Source of the DNA: Vitrella brassicaformis CCMP3155
Lineage: Eukaryota > Protista > Chromerida
Length of the DNA stretch: 64,000 nt
Direction: 5' to 3'
Assembly: GCA_001179505.1 (NCBI GenBank)
Contig: CDMY01000432.1
Coordinates: 1 to 64,000 of the forward strand
Positions within the stretch are counted from its first letter, which is position 1. Every line of letters starts with the position of its first letter. Shown here one piece after another: positions 38,301 through 50,894 of the stretch. Below the pieces are notes generated by a model. It had not been told where the DNA came from, ran no database searches, and was given only the letters and a program-made list of their open reading frames with translations. Made by a program: the position numbers and the translations under genes.

Positions 38301-39956
38301 TACGTGCAACGCCATATGCATGTCTATGTAGCCAAACGCATTGGTGCCGACTGGATGACCTCCTGCTTTCTCTGCGAGTCCCGAAATGACAGTTCCCAGG
38401 TTGGACAGCGACTGGTTGATGGCGGCACCCTCCTTCAGACGGTCACCCTCAGCGCCTGCACACACACACAGGCACGCAGGCACGCAGGCAGACAAATGGT
38501 GTCTTGACCACACAGATACACATGGATCACTTGACCTGTTTTCTTTTGTCTCTCGCTGCCCGCCAGGTCGACCAGGTTCATCTGCGAGCGGCGTTGCTTC
38601 TTGGAGCCGTCCTCGACCATCGTCTGTCAGTGACAACCGATAAAGATGCCGCACACACCTTCGTCTGTTCCCCAACTGGCACCGCATTAACGTGTCCTAC
38701 TGACTTGCAGGAATTTGACAACGAACACGCCGTGGGATCGAGACGAGACGGCGTTCATGTTGGTGGACCCGATGGTGCGGTTCTTGTTGCCGAAATCGAG
38801 CAGCTGCTCCACATCCTGCATTCCATCCATGCGATGCGCACAGACAGATAGACATATGCCAGCCGTGTCAGTCAGTTACGTGGAATGAGACGGCGGCTGA
38901 TTCGGTGAGTCCGGGGATGTAGACGCCCAATTGTGGGTGCTGGCGGATCTCCAGCGCCTTGGCCTCCTCCTTGGTCGGCGGCAGCAGCAAATCTTATCAT
39001 ACATTCATGCATACCAAAAACAGAGAGAAAACAGTTCCATCTTTCTTTCCCTCTTTGCGTAGTTCGTTGTCTTTGCCACCTTTGATGCGCTCGTTGTAGA
39101 TTTCCAGAAAGCTGATGAGCACCTGATACTCTGCCTGCAAGCCAATTACACGATCGATCGTCTCGCCCCCCGTGTGTGTATTTGGTCTTTGCCCACTGTG
39201 CCGCTCTTCTTCCCCTCCTCGATGATCTTGAACAGCCCTTCGCACACCTGAAAGCGACACAGAGACCAGAATCCCTTCCTTCCACAAGGTCCGCATCTCG
39301 AGTCGGTTGCTGTTTACTCGTGGCAGCAGTCCCTTGTCTGTCGGCGTCCCGATCACTGAGTGGCTCTTGCCCGAACCCGTTTGCCTTAAGGGAGCAAGCA
39401 GGAAACATCAGTCTGCCTGTCTGCCTGTCTGTCTGTCTGCATATCTGTGTCTCCCTCTCTGTACGTGTCTCTCACCCGTATGCGAAGAGGCAGCTGTTGA
39501 AGCCTTCCATCGAGTTCTTGAGGAGCATCTCGCCCTGGTCCTTGCTGCAACCAGACGTATGAGACACAAAGACACACAATACACCCACAGGTATTCCCGG
39601 CCTCTTGTCTTGTCGTGTGGATGTGACTGACTAGATGGTTTCCTGTGTGGCGAAGGTGGGGTCTGAGGGATTGTGGCTCCAGTAAGAGAAGTCGAAATCG
39701 AACTTCTTGGGCTCGGCATCGGGCTTGGTCGGGTCAGCGATGAACGTCGTCTGCCCTGCACACACACGCACACACGCACACGATACACACACGCAGAGAA
39801 TCAGGGTATGGCCGACTGACTGAATCAGGGCCCTGCGTGTCCTTCTCATTCGTTACCGATCATTTCGATAATGCAGGTGTCCTTGAGCTCCTTCTCTCTG
39901 TTGTTGAAGGGCCTGACCCTCACGGCCACCTTGATGCTGACCCCTTCGTCCGCCAT
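35314..39956 (-). CDS. Kinesin-3 family motor (Unc-104/KIF1/KIF13-like) with FHA domain
   Basis: [91 protein letters not shown]; FHA lead-in [20 protein letters not shown]; C-terminal coiled coil. Confidence 0.92.
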
Positions 39957-40251
39957 GGCTTGCTTCTTTACAGACGGGGGGCGTAAGGGGGCCTCTGCAA
40001 GGGGAAAAAGGGGATGGGAGAGTGGAGAAGGGAAAGACGGAGAGGGAAACGCGAGCTAAGCTGTCGTGTAGCTCGCACTTTTCAAACACGTCGTCTAGCT
40101 CCGTCTGGCTCTTCAAGACCTCAGTTTCTCCTTATATATACCGTCACCTCACTCCTTAACTGTTCGTTCTGACTCACCTTCCTTCTCTCGTCTATCGCCA
40201 AACCGCTTGATTGATGAGGCTGTTTGCCTCCCCCCGACGTGGCACAGACTG

Positions 40252-43200
40252 ATGGTGGACCGTATGCCAACGCCTTCGCCTCAATATGACACCTGGTCAC
40301 CGCTTCTCGATGACAGCTCTAACAGGACACCCACGGACAGCGGGATGCCCGACAACGGCATCAACGGACGGGGAGAAGCAGATGATGGAGCCGAGGAGAT
40401 CGATGCCGCTAACGACGAGACGTTCGGCGACTCGGGACCCATCAGTAAGAGCCGGAAGGGATGAGATAATGGTCTGTCTGAGTGGTTTGACTGTCTGTCT
40501 GTCTGCCTGCAGGAGACGATTGGGCTGCGTCGGCTGCGGAGATTGACCGGATCGAGGAGTTCCGACATCACTTCCATGCGGGAGAGGGTCGCACACAAAG
40601 AACCCAATCAGGTAGAGAGTGAGAGTCAGTCCATCGCGTGATACATCTGATTGACTCTTCGTCTGCTTGTGTCAGCGACCCTACTCCCACTTGGCTCACC
40701 GGAGTCCCTCCCAGATCGGATGCAGCCCTCGCCATTCGCAGTGCAGCCCGTAAGTGGCAGCATAGCACCCAGCACTCAAGCCATTCATATGGCTCCCCCA
40801 CCTCCTTCTGTGTGATTTGTCCTCGTCAGCGTCACTCTCTGGATGTGTCCGACTACCGCCGCGATACCGGTCTTGGCCCCCCTGATGCCCCGCTGCCCTC
40901 CCCCGGCCCCACTGCTCTCTCATCGCCCCCCAATGGGGACGCCAGATCCCTCAGCAGCCCCGCTTCGCCACCCCCGGAGGGCCTCCGTCAATTCCTCTTT
41001 GCCAAGGCAGCCACAGTTGCGGCCAACAGGCGGGATGATCAGCCGCAGCCACAGCAGAGAAAGGAGGACTTGCTGCCCGACCTGAGCAGCTTGCGGGCGT
41101 CTCGCGGGGGAGGGCACTCTCTGCTGGAGCTGACTGCCACTCCCTCAAGCGCGCCGAGCCCCCCACATGTGCCCGATGCCGACCCCTTCCAGAGGCGGCA
41201 ACCACGGGCAGACGGCGGCCAGCTCGCGTCGCCATCGACGTCCCCTCCCCCCGGCACCTCGCCCCCCAGCGCCCTCAGCATCGGCATGAACATCAGGCAG
41301 ATGCTGCCGTCACTCGCCGAGCACACGACGAGCCCTTCCCCCACCAACCCGCCGAATGAGGGCTCTGACGGCGAGAATTGGGGGGCGGGGTGGAGCCAGG
41401 CGGCCAACCAGGGGTCCATCCACGAGATCAACTGGTCGCCTGGCACGCAGGAGAAGAGGGAGGGGTCAGGGCCGGCTCCTATCAGCCCGTTCTTCGGCGC
41501 CATGAGCCCACTGGGCGGATCCGGGCTGCCTGCTGTCATGATGGAGGCGAGAGGCGAGCAGCCGCCGACAAGGCTTGGGTCTTGGCCGGCGGCAGCTGAG
41601 GGCGGCTCGGTTGGTGCTGGCCCTGCTCGCGTCCCGTCGATGCCCCACGCCACACCGGAACCTCTCCCACCTGCTGGGGAGCCATCCCTCTTTCCCCCCT
41701 TCCCCTCAGCCGACCAGCCGCCCTTCCCTGCCCTCGAGCCGGCGCATCTGCCGTTCGCCAGTCCGTCACCCGAGTCCCGTCACCCCCTCTTCCAGGAGAC
41801 AGATATCACACGCGAGGCGCGATCCACCACAGGTCTGTTCAACCTGCCGAGCGACTCCCAGCCCGGCCAGCAACGACCTCCCCTTCCTTTCGTCTCGTCT
41901 CCTCCATCGGTGGACCGGCCCTTCATGCCCCCTGAGGGCGGCGGGCTGCTCGGGGATGCCCTTCACGGCATGCAGCAGCCGGTGGGCAGCCGCCCCCCGC
42001 CCCCTCCCGCGTCAGCCGTGCCCAACCCACCGTTTATGCTAGGACCGCGGAGCTCCGACACGTCGGCGACAGGCAGCAGGGGAGAAGGCGAGGTGTCTTC
42101 CCCGGCGGACAGGGGGCCTGGCGGTCCGGGCCCTGGTGGCGAGCAGATCAACATGCTCCAGTCGCTGGTCCATCGCGCCAGGGGGACTGGGGAGGGCACC
42201 ATCCAGCTTGACGTCAACCAGGTGGAGGACCTCATGAGAGCTCTCGGCGCATCGGGCGGGGGCACCAATCATGTCGGCCGCCACTCGGTCCCTGCGGCGT
42301 CACGCCCCATACCACCCAGCGGCATGAGCCCGCCACCTCCCCCCGAGCCCTCCTCCCAGCAGACGAACCCCATCCTCCAGCTGCTGCAGCAAGACAGACG
42401 GCACAGCGACCAAATCGGCATGCAGCAGCAGCAGCCGCAGAGGATGCCACCACAAGGGGGGCGAGGGCCGCACGCCGGGTTGCCGCCGTTCGGTGGCGGG
42501 CCTGGCCCTCAGCGTGTGGGCAAGACGCCGACAAGTGGCCCGAGGGGCTTCCCCGGGGCGCCTCCCCCACCTCCGCCCCCTCCTGGGTTCGGACTGATGG
42601 GCCGGCCGCCCGGCATACTGCCACACCCATCGGCGGATGGGTTCGAACTGATGGGCAAAACCGCCCGGCAACTGAACATGAACATGAACATGGGCGGATT
42701 TGCCGGTGAGGGAGACAACACAAAAATGTCGTTGCAGACGCACGCACCTGCCTGTGTGCCTCGTGCTTGTGGGATGTTTGTGGTGCCAGGTTCGCCAGTG
42801 TTTCCCCCACCCCCGCCCCCTCCCCCTCCAATGGAGGATGAGTATCACGCGGGGGTTCAGTGGGCTGCCACTGGCGGCCCCGTGCCGCCCAGACGGCCTC
42901 ACCGTATCTTCCCGCTTACCAAGACACACAAGGAGCTCATCGTCAAGGGACAGATCGACTTCCCTGCACCGTGGTCACGGGTGAGAGTGACAAGGCACAG
43001 ACAGGGGATCACGGTTGGTGCATCTGTGTGTGTGTGTGTGTGTGTGCAGAAGGAGATGCCTCCTGATGCGGGCGCGCGGCAGCTGATGAGACGGCGGGAG
43101 ATCGACTTCATTCTCAGGACCTTCCTCAACCTCGTAAGGCTAGAAGAAACAGAAACGGATACCAGCTGCTGCCAGATAATGACAATGAGACAACGTCTGT

Positions 43201-45878
43201 TTGCTTGTTTCCCTTCGTGTCCATCAGACCTCCCGGAATCCCTCAGTACAGCTGCCCAGCGGCCGCTTCGTCTTCCAGCACACACCTCGCCCGTCCACAG
43301 CCTCGCCACACCCATCAGAGATCCACCCCAGCCACGCAGGCTCCGATGACGAGGTACCTGCCGTCGGCTCCCCAGCTGCAGAGGCCGTCACACGCGGCAC
43401 CGAAACACCGGAGGAGCACGAGGGCGAGCCACATGAGCCGCGCGAAGAGAAGCCACCCGAAGACAGGTACATCACTCCCAAAGGCCCCCACCACCACTCT
43501 GTGTATCTCATGCGTCACTCCCCTCTTTTGTGTGTCTGGATGTTTCTCGAAGCCCGCATGTGCATGTGGATCACGAGGAAGAGGACGACTTCCATCGTCG
43601 GTTCGGCGGCCGCAACTACGCCACCGTGCGTCACCCGCGGCAGATCATCCAGCTCGCGCCGGGTGTGGGGGCTGGCCAGGGGTTCGGTCACGTCGGTGGG
43701 CCGGAGGGGCGGACCAACGGGTCGCCTGTTGTCGACGAGAGAATGCCGTCCAAGGCACCGCAGACGTGTGCCGAGATCCTGGCTATGGTAAGGGAAGAGC
43801 GAGTTGAGGATGGCCAATGGCGCATCGATGGTGTGTGGTGTGTTCAGATCCGCACCCATGGCGTGTCAGAGGGCAAGCTGCGTCGGTTTGTGTCTCGGTG
43901 TGTGGAGGAGGGCTACGACACTCTGATGCACATTGAGAGGATCGACGAGAAAATCAGGGAGACGCCCGCATTCAACACCCCACAAGTCGACCGACTCAAC
44001 ACCGACAAGAGGTATGAAATGCGTCAACCAAAAAAAACTTTGCCTCCGATCATTTTTGCCATCCATGCACCCTCACAGGAAGGCGATCAGCTGTCTGTAC
44101 GGCTGGGCCACCGGGAGATCACTGCGAACCGAAGACGGCCAACTCGACTCAGACGAGGGTCGTATCAACGGACTCACAGCACCATCAAGGGTGAGCCAAC
44201 ACACCCACTCCCCCCGCCTGCATACACACGCATCGATGGGTGTCCGTCAGGAGAGCGAGACACCGTCCGAGCAGGAGGGCGGGGAGGGGCCGGCTGCGCC
44301 GGTGCGCGCATCGTCAATCGACACTGTTGGCACGGGCAGCAAGGCCGAGTGGTTGCTGGAGAAGATTCTCCGCATCGGCAAGGGTCAGCGGCTGGTGGGG
44401 CGGCTGCTGGGCCACCTGGTGGACGACTTGCGGGACCAAGACAATGTCAAACCTGCACTTGCATACGTGCTCCAGGTGAGTACACCCACACAGCAGCACA
44501 CACATCTGCTTTGGTGTACTTTGCCCATGGGTGGCTGTGTGTGTGTAGATGGTGGTTCGGACGCCCTCATTCTTGCGCGAGTGCATGGCATCGCTCGACA
44601 CGAGCCAGGCGGCCCCAAAAGCACCGCCAGCAGCAGCGGCAGCCAGGGAGAGACCCGACATGCCCATGCCCCCTCCCCCGCCACCCCCACCGCCCCCCAA
44701 GCTCCCCGCGCTCGCGCAGCTGGCCGACGCGTCCCTCAAAGCCATGCAGCGACTCTCCACGCCCGATGAGGTGGGTGAGACAGGCAGACACCGGGAGGAA
44801 TCTAGCGGCAAGGAGGTAGACTAGAGTAGGTCAGGCAGTCCTTGGTATGTTGGTTCGCGGTCCATTGCCACGGAGTGATTTCGCGAGTTTTGATCGAAAT
44901 GTTCTCCGCCAGTGACACGCGTAGACAGCCTTTGCGCCTCTGCAAGGAACCTCTGCCTGATCTGAGCGAAAGGACGGCAGGGGGCCGAAGCTTGGGCACA
45001 CTCTCACCACAGCCAGCTGCATGTTCATGCCCTCTTGCTTTTGGACACCAGAAATGTCTCTTTGCTGTCGTCTTGTGGTGTGTGTGCTCAGGATGGTTGG
45101 GATTGGTGCTGTTGTCTGCTTGGTCGGATGCTCGAGGGCGTCGACAGACAGACGCTGGCGGCGCTGCTGCACCACAAGGTACGCTCAAGACAACACGCCA
45201 CCACTCACACAGGGAGGCCGCCCCTGATGCGCATGATGGTTGGTATGCCGTCCGTGTGCAGGGTGGAGTTCGCTCTCTGCGCATCCTCACCGAGCGCCTG
45301 CCTCCAGTGACCGACCCCGACACCCCGCAAACAGTCAAGTAGGCACTCAGGCACCAATCGAATGTGACACATCCGTGCCTTCGTGGAGCGCCTTATTCCC
45401 ACGACCGGTGTGTGCTGTGTTGTGTGTCAGGTCGACACTTTTGTCATACGGGCAGACGATCGGTGGCGGCGTGCTGCAGGCGATCGTGCAGGTGTGCATC
45501 AACGAGAGACCCCAGGAGGCACTCGAACAGCTCAGTCGGGCTGATCACGGTAAGTACGATCGATGGACCACTCACGCGCACCGCACAGGAAGGACCAGGT
45601 GGCGTAGGTTGCGACTGTGGCTGTGCGCTCCTGTGTGGATTGGATGTGCAGGTCATCCTGAGGGCCACACGATTGGCTTGGTGCGTCTACTATCCTTCCT
45701 CTACACGCAAGCCGACGACAAGCAGAGGACGCTGCTCAAAGAGCCTCTCACGCGTCTGGTCCCATCCTTCGTCCCATCCCAGACTGGCCAAGTGGTCAAC
45801 GAGATCTTCTCGCACCTGGACACGGCTGGCGGGGGTCCGAATGGACCCAGTCTCGGGCTATCGGCTCTGTCAACATAA
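40252..45878 (+). CDS. PAT1: PAT1 / Pat1-like mRNA decapping activator
   Basis: N-terminal acidic motif EEIDAANDETFGD, long Pro/Gln-rich region, mid-domain LMRRREIDFILR and GGRNYATVRHPRQIIQL, C-terminal KILRIGKGQRLVGRLL. All match hallmark Pat1 segments in the correct order. Confidence 0.8.
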
Positions 45879-46989
45879 TGCATGGACTCACTCGCGATAT
45901 GTATGCGCAATCAATCAATGGCGGCATTCAGGCAGGAGGCGGTCTGCGTGTGGTGTGGGTGGGTGGGTGGGTGGGGAAGGCTGTCGATTCGTGTGCCGCT
46001 TTGTGCGGCTGATTTTCCATCCATCCATCCATCGATCCATCCATCCATCCTGTGTGTGTGTGCATGCATGCTCCTACCTATTTCTTATGTGCATGAAAGT
46101 GACTGACTGACTACCTACCTGTGGTACAGCAGACGAAGCTGGCTGATTGATGCATCCGTCCATCCATCCATGTGTGGTGAGTGGTATTTGTGTGTGCGCG
46201 AACTTGTACGTGTACGTGTGCATGTGTCTGTGTGCGTGTCCGTGAGTGAGTGACCAGAGAGAGGTCCGTCATCATAAAGGGCCGTCATGTCATTCCCTCT
46301 CTGCTACCTGATGAGTGTTCGTGTCGTGTTGTGCTGTGTGTCGTGTCACGACTCGTGTGTATGATATGTGTGTGCTGTGTGCGTGACCATGTGCATTGCA
46401 TGTGTGTCGTGATTTTAATGTAGGTCCGTCCGTTCATGACAATCAGACAATTCTGAGAGACGTCACTTCATGCTTTCAATGTCCATCCATGAAATGAATG
46501 CGTCCGTCCATCCATCCGTCCGTCCATGGTACATGTGCCATGCCATGCCATGTTCTATGAATTCTGTGGTGCCCATCAGTAATTGAATTGACTCGATCGC
46601 CATCAGTGAATGATCTGTGACTGACGGTTGGGAAGGTCTCTCAGCATGCAGGTAGGGAAGGTCTCCCAGCATGCACAAATGGATGGATGGATGCAACAAT
46701 GGTATGGGCGGCTGTCCAATTTTGATCTACAGCTCACGAGGATGTCTACTTGTAGAGCCATGGATACAAACAGGATATCAAACACTTCCCTTCAACCGCC
46801 GTGGCTGTGATGGCCTCATCCTTGAGTTGCTGCAGATGGCGCACTTGATCGTGCAGAGGCCTAGCGGAGAGAGCTTTAAGCAGGTTGAGACGGTCGTACT
46901 TAACCTGGCCGGTTTTCTTTCACCCACCGCTCGCCATCGGATGAGACACTGTAAACGAACAGAGAGGTTTACATGGAGCCCGTTTTTCT

Positions 46990-47645
46990 TCTTCAGGGTT
47001 GATGATGCCACACCATGTATGATCTTCTCGTACTTGATGCTATTGCGGTTGTCAGGGCGCTTCTGGGGGCAGTCCTTGATGATGTGCTCGGTGCTGCCGC
47101 ACCCCAAGCACACCCTGCCCCTGCCCTGGCCCTGCCCGCCCTTGTTGACCTTCACGGTCGCCTGCTGCGCTGTGAAGACCTGGTCGTTCTTGTGGACGCC
47201 CTCAAGCTTGTCGCTCCCATTGCGCAGCGCGTCTCCCAGCGAGCACATCTCCACCAGGCTGTCCCAGGTCAGCTCCTAGGCCAGGCTGACTCGCTTACGC
47301 ACCTCGACATACAACTTGGGCAGGGCGTTGATGACAATGGCCTCTTTCTCGTCGTCGGTCAGCACTGGCATTCGACGAGCGATGCGGACAGAGTCCAGAT
47401 GGTCGCAGACAGCCGGAAAGTCATAGACGGCGTCACTCGACTCGTCAAACTCCGGCTTCCACTTTCAGTGCAACACCTGCATGAACAGGTCGTGGCCCCG
47501 CTCGCGTCGTTTCGGTATGTAAGTATGCTTACCTTACGTTCTGTTCCCCAGTGTGTTCGCTCACGCTGCCCCGCCGGCTTCATGTGTGCTGTCCGTTCGT
47601 CCTGTTGCTGCTGAGGCTTGTCCGGCTGCTGCGATCGGTTGACAT
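46990..47645 (-). mobile_element. Decayed LTR-retrotransposon gag (copia/UBN2-like) with CCHC zinc knuckle
   Basis: Minus frame ...HDLFMQVLH*KWKP..LTDDEKEAIVINALPKLYVEVRKRVSLA*ELTWDSLVEMC..GRGRVCLGCGSTEHIIKDCP (knuckle 47069-47110). Two in-frame stops and a frameshift. No pol detected. Confidence 0.6.
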
Positions 47646-47727
47646 GTCAAGCTGCGGCGGCCTGGTAGGGCGCATTGGCGATCCTCTGCCAAAGCTAGCT
47701 TACGTTGAGATGTATGTTGATCTGTGA

Positions 47728-47741
47728 CCATCCGAGCGCCA
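47728..47741 (-). promoter_or_regulatory. Candidate primer-binding site TGGCGCTCGGATGG
   Basis: Complement of a tRNA-like 3' end CCA-TCCGAGC-G-CCA, about 85 bp upstream of the gag ATG on the same strand. Confidence 0.35.
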
Positions 47742-47800
47742 ACTCTGGCAGCGGCTATCCCTGAGAGACCAAGAATACATCACAAACTCGTAGAGACATG

Positions 47801-47825
47801 TTTTTTTCTGTTTTTTTTTTGTTTC
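47801..47825 (-). repeat. A-rich tract on the minus strand, possibly the poly(A) tail of a retro-insert
   Basis: tttttttctgtttttttttttgttt on the plus strand, adjoining the putative LTR remnant. Confidence 0.4.
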
Positions 47826-48226
47826 TCAAACTTGACCTTGAGAAAGTTGGATAGCAGGCACTACTGCAGGAGCAGCTGCTGTCGCTGCGGGCTGTGGCTG
47901 TGGTGGCAAAATTGCAGCTGGGAGACGCGCAGCGTCTTCTGTGGTATTCATGGTTGTCGCCTCTTCAGTCAGCAGCCATTCATCCAGTCGCGAATCGATA
48001 AGAAAGCCGCGCACATAAACGAGACACAAGCGAAAGTTTAACGAGTGAATTCTTTGAATCACACCACTTCATCCCACTTACGCTGCTGAGTATTGTAAGG
48101 CGCTTGCAGTTGAGTAAAAGGAGCGACGATTAAGTATCCATCTATTGGGCCGCAGAATGTTGTCGAACACGATTGGCCTGTTCCCTCGACACCCGCCCGA
48201 AGCATGCGCTCCTGCTCCGCCATGTA

Positions 48227-48321
48227 TCCCAAATACGCGTTCGGACACATCAGCTGATACCACTGCTTCATTCCCAAATACGCGTTCGGACACATCAGCT
48301 GATACCACTGCTTCATTCCCA
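48227..48321. repeat. Perfect 45-bp tandem duplication
   Basis: cccaaatacgcgttcggacacatcagctgataccactgcttcatt x2, encoding GMKQWYQLMCPNAYL x2 in minus ORF 48059-48565. Confidence 0.97.
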
Positions 48322-48804
48322 GCGCGATCAACGCGGCGTGACACACAAAGCAGTCGAGGGGATGACACTGTGGTTGCAGGAGCTCTTGCATGCGGACAAC
48401 ACCATCAAACCTGTTCAGAAACTGCACTAAGGAAATCGATACGTATCCACATAAATACACAGATGAGATCCCCACGCTTACTCGACGGTTCAGTGCAGCG
48501 AGAACGTTTAAGTCATACCAACTTACTTCTCGACGGGTAGATAGCTGCTTATTTTGAAACAGCATGTCTTCAACTTGCCGAAGGTATTGGTATCACCTAG
48601 TGTGGCGTCACCTTCGATGCGACGAGTGTGGACGTTGAAGAGACGCCGCACGTTCTAAAGGATCTGCTGCAGCCGCAATGGGTTAACACCCTCTAACTCA
48701 TCTGGTACGATTGCCTGTGCCTTCGACAAACACAAACACGCGCACACAGTAATGTCCCCATGAGCCAAATGCGCACACAGATTCTGCCTCGCCCGCTCTT
48801 ACCA

Positions 48805-49600
48805 GCTCGATGATGCTGATCTTGCTCGTACGCGCTCTGTCGGATGTGGCCATCAGCCTCTTCCGGATCTCGCAGAGCCAATTGTACTTTCACACGTGGG
48901 TACATCTGTGGTCGTCCTTGACCCCGAGGGTCCGGCAACAGTTGTGGAGGTGGTCCATCAGATTTTTCAGGATCGAGCCACCCTATAAGCCACAACACAA
49001 AGCACAAACCGAAACGGCCCGTATGTGTGAAGGCCATGAATGACGAACGCACCTTTTCTGCATTGTTATTTATCATTATGTCTTGCTCGCTCCTCGGGAA
49101 CTTGCTGAGCCATGTGCCCCGCCGTATATAGTCGATGATGCCTATGGCATTTCCCGACTTCAAGCATACATGAATGGCGTCACAAATCCATTCACTCCGT
49201 CCTCAATAAACTCACCCACTCGCTCACAACCATCTACACTATCACAGCCATCTGCACTGTCAGACAGCCATCCCCTCATTCCATCCCTTCCCTCATACAT
49301 TCATCGGCTCGCCAGAGGGAAGTTGACCACCGACACCATGGTGGGCTGCATGAGACCGATGATACTGCGCTTGATCTGACTGGACCACATAGCGTTCTTC
49401 CCCTTTAAGCGAAGGGCAGCCGCTTCAATCAGCCAGTCAGGGTGGTCAAGCACCGTCTGCAGGAGGTCTATCAGCAGCGACTTGAGCATGTACTCTATCA
49501 TCATGTCGTGCCACGGCTCCTTGAGAGGGGCCCGTGGCCAGACCCGCTGATCCATCGTGGAATACCGTGAGGTACAGAAACAGCAGCAATGACGCAAGCA
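48805..49600 (-). pseudogene. Exon-like remnants of an unidentified gene
   Basis: Segments IIDYIRRGTWLSKFPRSEQ..NAEK|gtgcgt and tag|GGSILKNLMDHLH..HV*KYNW..IIEL|gtaaga have splice sites and an internal stop. Function not recognised. Confidence 0.35.
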
Positions 49601-49760
49601 ATCAATGGCACACCATCAAAGACGCAGACAGACAGCGAGGGGGACAAATATTGGAGGGGGACGAGGAGGGGGAGGGAAAGGAAGAGAAGCAGAGAGTTGA
49701 AGCTATGTTCGTCCTCTGACGTCCTCAGCTTATGTTGGAAACTGTGACGCAGTAAGCTGG

Positions 49761-49802
49761 GCACATCTCTCGAAAGTGACCCGACTGGTGGCACCGGCTA
49801 CA
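49761..49802 (-). mobile_element. Isolated CCHC zinc knuckle (transposon-like remnant)
   Basis: VKRPRECSRCHQSGHFREMCP, a C-x2-C-x4-H-x4-C motif in a short ORF. Confidence 0.5.
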
Positions 49803-50155
49803 CTCGCGTGGCCGCTTCACACCGCCACTGCAGCAGCTCTTCGAAGGGATGAACGGCTTTCGAGAGAGCTCGTTGCCGCCTCCTTCTCGTATTGTATCTG
49901 ACGGAAAACGAGCACTCAACCGAGACGTTCAGGATGAGCTCGTGGATGTTAAATGAGAAGGGTCGCTAAAAGCGGCCGCACCGCTTGCACCGCATGATGG
50001 GACGACAGAAGTGGCGGGCCTTGTCATTGTCAGGCATCTTCACTACCAGCTCCCGGGACAAGCACTTGTTAATGTCGATGTCGTTGACGAACTCGGCGTT
50101 GTCGCGGCGATAGTGGAAATTGACTGGTGTCGACCTTTTAAAGACTTCCTGTTGC

Positions 50156-50341
50156 AAACAGCTGACAAGCAAACCTTGTGTGGAGAGCCTCGTCTCGGCT
50201 TACCAACTCATTCGAGAAGGTCAGCTCAGGCATGAGGCCTTGAGATTTCAGCCAGAAAATGCCGCAAAAGGCTGCCGAGAACTGTACTCCTTCCACCGCT
50301 GCGAACGCCATCAGACGCTTTACAAAGGGTGCGTCGGTTCC
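50156..50341 (-). pseudogene. Fragment of ribonucleotide reductase small subunit (R2/beta)
   Basis: [59 protein letters not shown] matches the class Ia R2 diiron helices (AFAAVEG..FS..F..IFWLK..GLMPGL..SNELISRDE.LH..FAC). Bounded by stops on both sides. Confidence 0.88.
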
Positions 50342-50894
50342 ATCATGCGGCACTCAAAAGAGTGGTCGCGAAACTGAACTGTGTCGTGCATGTGGATCGC
50401 TAGGTTGTCCACTGCCCATGTAGAGATCGCTGTTTGGTTGGAAAACATGTAGCTGTCGTTAAGATTGGTTGACTGGATGTAGCGGGCCATGCCGGACATC
50501 ACAAGGCGGGTGACGTCTTGGTGTCGGACGTCAAAGGGGTAGAAATAAGAGAACCAGGGTGTGTCTCGGGGGATGGGTGTTTAAGAGAGGTGACCACGTT
50601 GGTGTGTAGGAAAGCCACCACCGGCAGGCTATCATCAGCTGCTCCTAATGCTGCTATCTGTGGTGAGGGCTGATAGGGCGCAGCGTACCATGCCGGCTCG
50701 GGAGCTCTGGCACTTTCCCGACGACACACACATGGGGCTCGGCACTCATGATTGATGTCGTTTCAGGTACCCTACAACATTCCTCGTACACACGCTGTAT
50801 CTTCTATGAGGCGGTGCTGGGACTTTGAAACGTCAGACTGCAAAAGCGACATGTCTTCATGCATATAGAGAGACACGATTGGGTATTAGTCCGT

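Noticed and set aside
40638-43349. 903-aa ORF as a standalone gene
   Set aside because: It is the large Pro-rich exon of PAT1 plus read-through into flanking introns.
46630-46675. Direct repeat gggaaggtct(c/t)cagcatgca x2
   Set aside because: Two units only, no spacer array or cas genes, eukaryotic context; a local duplication, not CRISPR.
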